From the NCBI GenBank assembly GCA_010015585.1, contig ML975156.1: 64,000 bases of DNA. One strand, 5' to 3'. The notes beneath the pieces were generated by a model, which ran no database searches, was not told the DNA's origin, and worked only from the letters and a program-made list of their open reading frames with translations. The translations under genes were made by a program, and so were the position numbers. Shown one piece after another: positions 12,369-24,070 of the stretch. The stretch is from Eremomyces bilateralis CBS 781.70. Taxonomy: Eukaryota. Numbering within the stretch: position 1 is the first letter of the stretch; each line of letters starts with the position of its first letter.

Positions 12369-15300
12369 GATGGCGGGTTGATCGGAAGTTTCTAAAGCGC
12401 TTGGATGGGAGAGAAGAGTGCGTGATCCCTCAGGTAAGTAGCTGGGATTTGGTGAAACTGTAACCCTTTATGGAGGTTGTCGAACTGATATAAGTGGTTT
12501 GCGAGGATGAGCTGCGGAGGAGAACGACGACGCTGAGAGTTCGCGCCGAGAAGTACCTTTTCAACCACGCAAAATCAAGTCGTGTCAATCTTCAACAAGT
12601 AGATTCCAATACAGGTGTCACCCTGACTCTTTTATCTTATCCCCTTATCTACAGGTCCCTGGCCTTCTTGCCAGCTGAAGATTGAGTCACAGATCTTAAC
12701 AATAAGATGCCTTCTCTCAAGGAACCTGCCTCGCTCACATGCGATGATATCGCTTGATATGGAAGGAGTAATAGTGAATTGCTTAGCTCAACAATAGAAG
12801 CGGTTTCTTCCAAAAGTCTTCACTGCGTGATAGGTGGACGAAGCATATTTGGTCCTTGATAACACGTGGGTGGACTCCCACCTATTATTGGCGCAGTGGA
12901 GGAGGAGCGATCGGGGAAGAGATGGATGTATTGTATACGGTGCTCCGGGTTCCGTTGGTTCGATGTGTCGATGTGTCGTTCAGGAATGCGCGAGGCACGA
13001 AGTCGTGTCACCTGTTGAGGTTTCGGCGGTCCAACTTGTGTTCTGTTGAGAGTATCGAGGTCAAACACGGCGATTCTCGACGGTCTTATGTTCGTTAGAG
13101 ACGATCGGACTATCTCAACCGCGGAATTCCTGTAGGCTGGAGTCAGGTTACTCTGTTCTTCCAAAATGTTCGTGCCACGGCTGGCTAGCGGGAGCTTACA
13201 GGAGATGATATTAATGGTATGACACGTCTGCAACTCGATGTACTAACTCACGCTCTACCGCGAGCCTTGGTGAGCCAGTAATCTTCCGGTTAGGCACACC
13301 TGATGCGTTCGAAAATGGTGAGAGCAGACGAGACGAGCTGCGTTGTTAGGGTGAGTAATGATTGCGTCAGATACAATCAACTTGGTCAGGCAAGCAATAG
13401 TTAACGAAGTCAGCCTCTCTCCAGCAGAGACAAAGAGACAGTTGGCAGGTCAAAGACTAAAAGCAGGTTCGGAACGCCTCGAAGAGCAAGGACGTAGAAA
13501 AAAGATATCTCACATGTCGGACGTTTCGGAGCTTATGAATTTACGGCTCCTGCACAGAGTGTTCCAGTCCAGCTAGAGCATACGATGGTCCAAGTGCCAG
13601 CTGGCCCCAAGGATCACCAGTTTCGACGCATCCACATGGCGTTTTGTCGAAAGATGGAGCTTTCAGCCATCGATGGCATGCCCAGAACTCTGGCTACAGT
13701 GCGATCCAAGGTCCTGGACGATGATTGCTGGAGGCGGTGGTACACATTACCGGGTTGGACAAAGGTTAGGTTGCCGCTCCGCGAACCTCTCCAAATCACT
13801 GCATTCGTGCAGATCTCCGCGTCTGATTCGCAGGAGGTTGATATTTTTACAGTCGATGGAGGAGCTCGCTCGTCCTGGTCCAGACTCCAGACTCCAAACT
13901 GGACTCGGAATCGCGGTTAGCGGGAGCCGGTCTGTCGGGAGCCAGTAGAGGCCAGCCATCGGGGAGGTTTACCCTGGAGATTAGAATCCTGGATCCTTGA
14001 TGGATATGGAGCTATTATGGATGTTGCTCACGGCTAACAATATGCAATCATGCATGACCATTGACCACACAGCACATATGCAGCTCTTCGCCTCATCAGA
14101 ATTCCCCCGTTGGTCGAACCTCCGAGGCGATCACCGTAACCGACATAAGCAGTCATATAATCTGACATGTATCAAGTGGCAAGTCCTAGCTCCCTCTTCC
14201 ATCTCCAACTTTGTTCAGGGGAGCTTAGCTCATGCAATCCAGCCACTAGTTCCCATAGCTTCCGGCCGTGAACCTGGCATCCCATTTATGAGCCCAGGAT
14301 TTCATTCTAGCTTCTACACCAGGTGGAGTTGGAGCCCAATCCTGACCTCCGACCTACTACGTACGTGTGGCACAAATTACAATTTACAGAGTATAAACCC
14401 AGGTAGTTATTAATTATTAAGGAACATCAGGTTAGGTGCCTCACCGTCCGAGAGACGATCGGACGACCCATTCCCGTTGCTTATGCCTATCGCGTGGCGC
14501 GTCGACCCAATGTGACACCTATGCGGAATACGGACTCTTTCATTCCTGCTTCTCGGCAACGGAAAATCCAGAATCGCTTCCTCGGGATCCGCGATGTTAC
14601 GTATGACACCAAAAGTGTACACGTATATCCTAGGACGCCTTAACTTTTCTCAGCTAGAACAATTAAGAACCCCAGTTTAAACAAAGCAGAGCAAAGCAGA
14701 CCCGACTCCAGCGTGAGGTCAGCCCAGTTGCCCCGCAGTCATAAAATCTTAATCCATGGATTAGAGAACGAGAAGTTTCCACAAATTGAATCATTCTCTA
14801 TCCATAGTCTCGTGGTCGACAGACGACAGCCCAATAGGAGCGATGCTAGATACACGACGCGGTTGAGATATATTGACCATCATGATTGGCTCTATTCCCG
14901 GCTTCAAGCAGTCCCTCCATCAAGTCCTGCTTTCATCCGATCAACTACAAAAATGACGGGCTGAAGCGTTGCATGACCAACCGCGAGAATTTTCCTCCTC
15001 GTCATGCATCGCCACTCCTGGAAGCTTCGCCATGTGCTTGATTACAAGCCCCCAGCACACATCCATGGCAGATGCCAGTCCATCGGATTGGTCGATCCCG
15101 CTCCCGTTCCGATCAATCCGCTCCAGTCCCAGGTTGGGACATCCGAAACCTCGAGATTGCTTCGTCTCGCCTTGACAAACCATGATTGGAATAGATGCAT
15201 TGTACTTATACCGGGCAATCACAGTACATTAGTAGAGCACGTCATATCGTCTCCCAAGGTCGCTGCTACAAAAGCGAACCACGACATTCTATAGCGACGA

Positions 15301-17951
15301 AAGGGACAGCAGCTGTCTTTAGATGACATCGACAGTGTCACGGAGACAATAGCACAACACATTCTCTCGGCGTACGTTGTGGAGATGGTGATAAGGCTCT
15401 ATCGGGTACTGGGTTCCTACGGGGGCCTTCAGGAAAATGGGGCCTCCGTCCATCTACTGGTAATATCCATACGATTTCCCACTGTCGATCGGCTTGTTGA
15501 TATTCCTATTTGAACAATGCAGCTGTTCAGAAATGAGCGCGCCCTCCCCACATCCGCTCGGCACTTACATATATGCATGTATCCGCGGAGTATTTGACTC
15601 GGCAACAACCTGGAATTCTGGATACAATATATCCACCACAGCTAAACTTCGGGCTTGGGAGAGCAAACCGATTATGGGATATCCCCGTGACAGGAAGGCG
15701 AAGTCGATAGGTGTGCTCCGTTCAGCTGCTCCATTCGAATACCGCAGAAATATCATCATCAACATCGGGGTCTGCTCGCTGACAACTCAGCAAGAGGTAA
15801 AACCTGGCAAATCATCGGCCCCCGTTCTCTGATATATTGGAGTACTCCCTGGTCGAGAGGAGCACTTGTTCGTTATTCACACCATCCCGTTTCATGGCAT
15901 GCGGTCATGATCATCGTACAGGAGCACCGCTTGACTGCGCTGATCTGATCGCGAACGTCGGGTTAGTTGCTCCTCAACAAGTCCGGCCGTGCATGCATCA
16001 ACATGATATTCCCGTTCGGATCCAGTTTCGCGCGCATCACGGGCTAAAAGCCGTTCTAGGTTCATATTCCAATCAAGATGTCAGAAATTCCACGTCATGT
16101 TACCTTACCATATAATTGCTCCATTATCAGCAACTCTCATTTCATCGACATGCGCTCTCTGCCGGAGACACTCTGCTCTCCGCCCCGTATATTTCTCTGG
16201 TTTCAAATATGGGAAACCGCCGCTGATTTTCCCTCCAAGCGCCTCGGGGACGAAGCCCGTCGTTCCGTTTCTGTGCGACCCGATTTACACAGCCTCACTG
16301 CAAGCATAGGTTTTATCCGAACCTACGGGCGGACCAAGAGTTCTTGGTTTTGCCAAGTGCGTCGACAAGAGATGGATCCTTCGAGGCCCAGCATTGGCAA
16401 AGAATGCGTGGTTACGACCGCGGACAGTCGTTGGGAGAGGCGTCAGTAGCGAGAACGTGCTTGTGGCGCTTAAGGTCATTGTCGTTCGCAGATTTGAATA
16501 CTTTGGTACGTGTAGTCCGTCTACTCTCGCATTCTTTAAGCTTGTCTGTTCAATACCAGTATAGTTGCGAGGAAGGCCTCCAGTCGTATATGATACCTTG
16601 ATTCACCAGAAGAATGGGCGTTTTACCGTCCCATTTTTAACGACTGAAGTTGCTCTCAGTAACCATTCCCTTGGCAAATACGACTCAATCTAGTTGCGGA
16701 TACATATAGTTTCTAAGGATCAGATATCTCAGAAAATATAATTAGTTCGAGTTTCAAAAAGAGAGGGACGACTGAGACTCCACTCTAGGCCCATAATTCC
16801 CCAATGGTCTCAATATCAGACCATTCTAGCAAGGCGACCAGTTGACTCACCTCACTGCCCCCTTTTATTGGTCACTTTCGTCCTATCTAACCCTTTCCTT
16901 GCCTTCTCTTTGCATAATTTTGCTCTGTTACAATGCCGCTGTCTCGAGCACATCCGTTTGGGAGTCCCTCTTTTACGGACCTTTCCTGCTCACGGGGAAA
17001 TAAGAAAATAGATAGAGTTGCAACTGCTAATTCCAGCTAGAGGTCCGAGTCCGTCGACTGTAAACAACCCGATATATCGAAGCACGCATCCTAGACCCCC
17101 TTTTTCTTTCCCGGGAAGCAATAAACAGAACGGATGTCTACCGCTATGCATATTGCTGACTGAGTGAAGTCAGTTTAAGATAGGAGAGGCGCCGGTGCCA
17201 TGAGCGGCGCCCTGAATTAACACTGCTGCTCCGAAAAGCCGAATTAAGTCCACTGAGAGGTAGAAAGTTGGAATAAGCACCAACGTGGGAGCATTGCAAT
17301 TGCTGAGCGGTTATCAAGATAAGGGAATTAGGAAGCAGGAAGGAAAAGGTGGCAGGACTGAAGTCCTAGGCGAAGTAACCAGATAGGAGAAGTGAAAATA
17401 TAGAACTGAGAAGATAATAGACAATAGTGAAGTGATCGCAGGGCTGGTTTCAATTTGTACTCATCTTTTCGATCTTTCTACTTCCTCATTCCCTCAGACC
17501 ATTTCATTTCTCTTCCTTCTCTCTTACAAGAATCTCCGATTATCGCATTATACACAACACTCAACCATCACGAAAGTCTTCGCTTTCGCAAGTCGAACCA
17601 GGCAGAAGTCAGATTAGGGGTCTTCACATCTTCATAATCACATCATCAGTTTTTAGTCGCAATGACTTTCCTTGGGCCGTCCCTTGGTAGACTGGCTTTC
17701 ATCTTGTCAGTGCCGTTTAGTCCAAAAGTCAGTCTTTTCGGTGGTACATAGAAAAATATAATTGGATACGCTCCCTTCTCTGCTGGTTCCCATACTACAT
17801 AATAACTCGTCGTCAAGTCGGAGGAATACGAGCAGCGTAGCGGATCGGTTTGCTGACTAATGGCGTACCAGATCAACTCTTCATGGTATCTCAACTGACG
17901 CAACCTCTTCCATTTTATTTCAGGACAAATATCCAACCAGCTCTCAAAACC

Positions 17952-19723
17952 ATGTCATCTCTTCCATATCATGAACCTGACATAATTACGCTCCTCACCC
18001 AATCGTCCTTTCTTCTGCTTCTGAATATCATTGATTATCTATTGAACCATGCGCTCTACTGCGGCCTCCTAGGACAAGTCCTACTCGGGATCGCCTTCGG
18101 AGCCCCAGGCGGAAATCTTCTCTCCTATCAAGCACAGGAGATAATCGTTCAACTTGGTTATATAGGCTTGATTCTACTAGTCTACGAAGGCGGTCTCTCC
18201 GTCCCATTGACGTCACTTAAAGCGAACATCGGCCTTTCCATCGGAGTTGCCGTGACAGGTATTGTCGTTCCCATTGGCTTATCATTCGTTCTCCAGCCGT
18301 TACTCGATGCGTCCCCCCTTCAAGCCTTCGCCGCGGGTGCAGCCCTGTGTTCGACAAGCCTGGGAACGACCTTCACCGTACTCAGCACCAGTGGACTGAC
18401 CAACACGCGGCTCGGTTCGGTCCTCAGCACTGCGGCCATGATGGACGATGTTGTCGGGCTTGTAATGGTTCAGGTGATATCAAACTTCGGGTCGTCTTCC
18501 AACATGGTGGACCCCGTTACCGTTGTTCGTCCCATTGTTGTATCCCTCGGGTTCGCGATTGTGGTGCCGTTGCTCTGCCGGTATGTTGTGCGGCCTGTAC
18601 GACGTGCTCTTCACGGTAAAACCTTTGCGTATAAAGTGCGAGCCATTTTCGCCTATCGGAGAGCGCGGTTTGTACTCCATTCCATTTTCCTATTCGGACT
18701 CGTTGCCGCGGCGAGTTACAGTGGAACCTCGGTTCTCTTCGCGGCCTATCTCTCAGGGGCTATAGTGAACTGGTGGGATAGCGAACCGGCTATGGCTCCG
18801 ACAACTAGCGGAGCAGTTTCGGAGCCGGTAGTCGGTAATATAACGGGGGGTAATGCGGTTGGTGGACGGGCCGAAGGGATGGCAGGAAAAGATGTAGCTA
18901 CGTCAGGGATTCCCGTCAGCAGTGCGGATGCGGGTATAGATCTGAATGGACTCTCCGGTATGAGTACCTATCAATCATACCTTTCCCAACCGGTAGCAAG
19001 GTTGCTGCGCCCGTTCTTCTTCGTAAGTGATTCCAGCCCGACCTTGCCGACCCAAGAACCTGACAAATGTCGTAGGCCAGCATTGGCTTCTCCATTCCCA
19101 TATCCGATCTTTTCCAAGGCGCGGTACTTTGGCGTGGAGTTGTTTATACTCTTCTTATGATCGTCGGAAAGCTAGTGTGTGGCACCTGGCTTGTCCGATT
19201 GCTGCGTCTTTCCGGGACGAGTATCAGTGGCACTCCGCTATTTACTCGCTTTCGGAGACGTCTCGCGATGAAGTTGCTACGACGGAAGTCCCCTGAGGAA
19301 AAGGAAACCCCGAGGCCGCAGGAGAAGAGCGAGAGTGCGGCCCAGAGTAGGGGAAGTCCGACTCCGATTGAAGGGGTAGAGTCAGAATCAGAACCCAATC
19401 AGCCATCCACGCCGCATGAAGCCCCTGTATCCCTCTATCCTGGAGCCATTCTCGGATGTGCGATGGTTTCCCGCGGGGAAATCGGATTCCTGATCTCCTC
19501 GGTCGCGGAGAGTCAAGGCATCTGGCGAAAAAGGGGGACTGAAGCCAGTGGCCAAAGTACAGAATCCAGCAGTGATATATTTGTCATAGTGACGTGGGCC
19601 ATATTGCTGTGTACATTTATCGGCCCCATCGCCGTTGGGCTCATTGTACGGCGTCTCAAACGACTGAAACGAGCCGCTGAGCCTGGGAGGAGGAATGTGT
19701 TAGGTTCGTGGGGAGTGGATTGA
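17952..19723 (+). CDS. Monovalent cation/H+ antiporter (Na+/H+ exchanger family, CPA2-like)
   Basis: Exons 17952-19022 and 19076-19723. Motifs LPYHEP, STSLGTTF, AAMMDDVVGL, PFFFASIGFSIP, MVSRGEIG. Confidence 0.9.
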
Positions 19724-20445
19724 GATTCACAAGGGGATGAGTATTTACTTATAGGTTGAGGTTATTAAAACCAATTTCATTCTATAATGGTGACTGTGGT
19801 AGTAGGGCATCGTTTGCATGGGCCAAAAGCCAGTGGTGACTTAATGAGATACGCGCCCCACGGTGTCGGTGTCGCCTGAGTGTTAGGGGTTCGTCCCCCT
19901 CAGTTATCAATATTTTTTATCATTTTTTCTTTCCCCCCAACTGCCTTCCTTACTCAATCAAGGCATCATAATTATCTTTTCGTCTATCGCTCTTTTTTGC
20001 ACACGTGGGAGGTGAGAACGCAGGAGAGAGCGCCTTGATGGCTTCCCCGAAACTCTGCGATGTTATGGCCAATTCGCCTCAACCTTCGGAAAAGCGAGTC
20101 ACGTAACGGCTGAGCGGCTGGCAGTAATGCTAATACCGATGGAATACGGCTGCTATCCTGCGAAGTTCGGCGACAGTACCGCGACGGAGGCAACCAAGGA
20201 GAGGAAGTCCCGTCGGACGTCTAATTCATGAGGGACACTCGCCTGGATAGCTATTGGCACTCGTGATGTTAAACTGCTTGGTATTAGGATGCTCGAGGTG
20301 GAGGCTGGCTTTGGAAACAGAGTTTATACACTGATGCTATGCACAGACAGGCCTGATGTACAAGAGACAAACATGAATCACAATCCAAGGGCCCAAGTTT
20401 CGCGAGCCGTTTCAGGGCATTACATCGATTCATTCAATCGAACAT

Positions 20446-21465
20446 CTATGCGTTAGTCCACTCCGGCTTCTTCTTCTCCGAAAACGCCGTCATTCCTGCA
20501 ACAGTCAGTGCCTAATCTCACACAAATATCTGCGATCCAACATACCAATCTTCTGATCCTGGCTGCCAAACAACCCGTGGAACACTCTTCGCTCGAACTC
20601 CACGCCCTCCCGAATCCCCAAATCCTGACTCTTATTCACCACCTCCTTCCCCGCCTTCACCGCAATCTGACTATACCCCGCGATCTTCTCCGCCGCGCCC
20701 AACGCCCCCTCCACGCACTCCTCCGGGCCTTCAAACACCTTCGCCGCCAGCCCCCACCGCTCCGCCTCCACCCCGCTCCACGTGTCCCCCGTCAGCACGT
20801 AGTGCATGGCGCGCGCCTTGCCGATGGTCTTGGTCAGGCGCTGGGAGCCGCCGGCGCCGGGGATCACGCCGAGCTTGATCTCCGGCTGGCCGAAGGTGGC
20901 GGAGGCGCTACAGTAGAGGATGTCGGCCATCATGGCGAGCTCACAGCCGCCACCGAGGGCGTAGCCGTTGACGGCGGCGATGACGGGTTTCTTGATGGCG
21001 TGGGACATGGTGGACCAGAGTTCGATGAAGTCGGTGGCATAGGCGGTGGAGAAGGTGAGGTCTTTCATTTCTTTGATGTCGGCGCCGGCTGGGGGGTTGG
21101 TTAGTTAGAATGAGGGGGGATGGAGAGGGGTTGGGAGGCAGGAGGGGGATGGTACCTGCGAATGCTTTGTGGGAGCCGGTGAGGACGAGGGCGCCGATGG
21201 ACTTGTCGGAGTCGAGGCGGCGGAGGGCATCGTTGAGCTCGAGGAAGAGGGGGGTGTTGAGGGCGTTAAGGGCTCTAGGGCGGTTGAGGGTAACTAGAAG
21301 AGGGCCATATTAGACATATATTCGAATGGATGTGCAAGACTATATCATACTTAGACCAACACCCTTCTTCGGCGTCGATACCTGTACGAATTGATAGCTT
21401 GGAAGCTCTGTAGAGTACATTCGGACCAGACGTGGTAATGCGGGAGCCACGAATTTTGAGGCCAT
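20446..21465 (-). CDS. Mitochondrial short-chain enoyl-CoA hydratase (crotonase)
   Basis: Four exons. Presequence-like [19 protein letters not shown], then [42 protein letters not shown]. Confidence 0.92.
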
Positions 21466-22006
21466 TGGCCTTGCTACTTGTAAGACTCGGAATGAATTCA
21501 TTTTGATCAGCGGATTCTGATGGGAATATTTTAGTCAATTAAGCCGTATATGATCGTGACGAATAAATGTTTGCCAATATCTGAAGCTACAGGACCAACT
21601 CCCACTATGGCCCTGATATGCCGTCAGGTTGGAACCTGTTACCCGGTTGTAAGCCGAAGCTACCATGTATGCACGTGATATCCCGCATTTGTTTCTTGGC
21701 AATAATATCTCTGCACATTCCGCTCCGTTCCGCCGGGAGCAAATCTCCGCCATGTCCGAATTATGGGAAGCGGAGCCTTACAGCGGACCACTGCGCCTCG
21801 ATTCCCATTCCACAACTTTTGTTTGATGATCTGTCGACAAAGTTGCCTTCGTCACCACCGAATCGTTAATACACGCCACGCGACATATTAAACTTCCCCA
21901 TACCACCGACCCTATATTCTCCCCTCGCGAAACCGATTCCCCAGTCCCCACCCGAATCGCGGACGCGGAACTCTTGGGCGTTCTCAGACGTTGGGAGTGG
22001 CGCACG

Positions 22007-22753
22007 ATGGACTCTCCAGAGCCGGATACCCCTATGGCGGCCGTGTCGGCGCAAACGACGAAATACGGAAAAGTACGTGGCGATGCGTCCGAGGGATAGG
22101 TGTTGCATGTGAAGGATAACCGCTAACATCTTTCCAATTAGCTATTCCAATCGTACCTTGACCGAGCGACCCCTTTTATCTCATATCGATGGATTGGCAC
22201 GGGAGCCTTGTTCTTCTTCTTCGCACTGCGGATATTCCTGGCCCAAGGATGGTATATCGGTATGCTGCGATCACGAATGTCATATGGAATCCTCGGGACA
22301 GGAGCTAACGGGAGCAGTGGCGTATTCATTGGGCATCTACCTTCTCAACCTATTCCTCGCCTTCCTATCCCCTAAATTCGACCCGTCACTAGAGCAGGAT
22401 GAGGATATGGAGGACGGCTCCGCGGGCGCATTGCCGACCAAGGAGACGCAGGAATTCAAGCCGTTCGTGCGGCGGTTGCCGGAGTTCAAGTTCTGGTACT
22501 CCGCGACGCGGGCCATCGCGATTGGATTCATCTGCAGCTGGTTCGAGATGTTTGACCTACCGGTGTTCTGGCCCGTCTTGGTGATGTACTGGTTTATTCT
22601 CTTCATATTGACGAGTAGGTTCTCCCGACCCTCTGCTTCCGCAATCGCGATACTGACATGCCCACAGTGCGGAAGCAAATCCAACATATGATCAAGTACC
22701 GATACGTCCCGTTCACCGTGGGCAAGACACGATATGCGGGTAGCTCGAGATGA
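22007..22753 (+). CDS. RER1: Golgi-to-ER retrieval receptor Rer1
   Basis: Four exons. [47 protein letters not shown]. Confidence 0.95.
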
Positions 22754-24070
22754 ACGGATGCGGTCGATCATTGACGACGGCCTTTACATTCAGCGGAGCT
22801 TTTGAACTTGGGTAATATAACGAGCATTCGAAACGCAAAGGGATCATGGCGAGTCGTCCTGGCCGACATGTGTCGATCAGCAATGGCGTACGGGCTTGGA
22901 TTCCAATATCAAAAGGTAATGAGTATCGGGGGTCATCGATTTCCGTAGCGGCTGCTGCGGGTGGGGGGACATGTACCATAAGGATCCAGTCGAATATAAT
23001 ACATGTGATCAGGTTATTCCAGGATAGATCCGATACCGGGATGGGTGTGTGTCTACCGATTTCCTCGTTCTAGCAGTTGGCAGTGTGGCGATGGACAACT
23101 TAGTAACGGCGTGGGAATGTGGGGTTGACGAAGTAGGAGTTTGGACTGCTGCATGCAAGAGGTCGTTGATTTTGCCGTTCAGTGATGCACCATCCATCGA
23201 TCAGCAGCCCTCAAAGCCGATAAACCACAAAATCCAATCACATATGAAACACGCATTGAGATGTTAGACGAAGATCAATTGAACATTTAGACCCCTCCAC
23301 CGATTCTCAACGACCACAATTCCCTCCCGTCAAGGCGTGTTGATTCTCGCCCTTCGATTGGTCCGTTTCGTGGACCCTGCCCCTGAGCTTAACTGCGGGA
23401 TTTCGTGAAAAGAGTTGATTTGGGTTATCGTCAACCGTTCCGTTCGTTCCACATCCCTTGAGAAAACCGCATATCAGCCAACACCCGATCGGCATGCTGT
23501 CATAGCCTGTTGCGATAGGCTTAACATCACTGACCTCACTGTTGACGCGGGGCAGCCTTGACCCCCTCCATTCACTTCCTACATTGCCCATGTTCACACC
23601 CATATTCAATGGCTGGATTTTATCGTCCTCGATTCCAAGTCCGCTTTAATATAATACCGCTGTGTGACCGGATCTGTCTCAATGATTGGTCACTCCCCCT
23701 CAGCTACCTGTCTACCATTCCCATCATTACTAGCATCTCTCCATAGTAATGATGATTGCAATGGAGAAGATGCCAGGGGATGCGGCAAACGATGCTCATC
23801 CCGCGTGTTCTCCCACCGCCCTGGGTGATTGTGGATGCAGATTGCATTAACACGGTCGATAAGTGTAGGGTCTGGGATGATCGTGAATATATCAGAAGGT
23901 AGCTGCCCTCCGCTGTCGGTGGCACTTGCGACTCCCCGCCTGGCAAAGATGCCTATTTCTATCCAGTCGCCCTTTATCACCGCTATCCCTCCGGCCCTTC
24001 ACCTCCTCCCCTCCTATCCACCTTGGTGTATGCGTGTAGTCGTTCTCTGAACGACCCCCAAAACCCCACC

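Noticed and set aside
15290..15900. Possible amidase or ion-channel relic ('AKLRA', 'YVVEMVIRL')
   Set aside because: Motifs too short and not collinear with other family signatures.
19788..19909. tRNA-Sec (9/4 fold) or twister ribozyme reading of the tRNA-like element
   Set aside because: No TCA anticodon, no G discriminator and no long variable arm; twister core pairings could not be built.
20000..20290. RNase P/MRP, SRP, U3 or spliceosomal snRNA identity
   Set aside because: Diagnostic motifs (paired CR-I/CR-V, SRP helix 8, U3 boxes, snRNA signatures) not found by eye.
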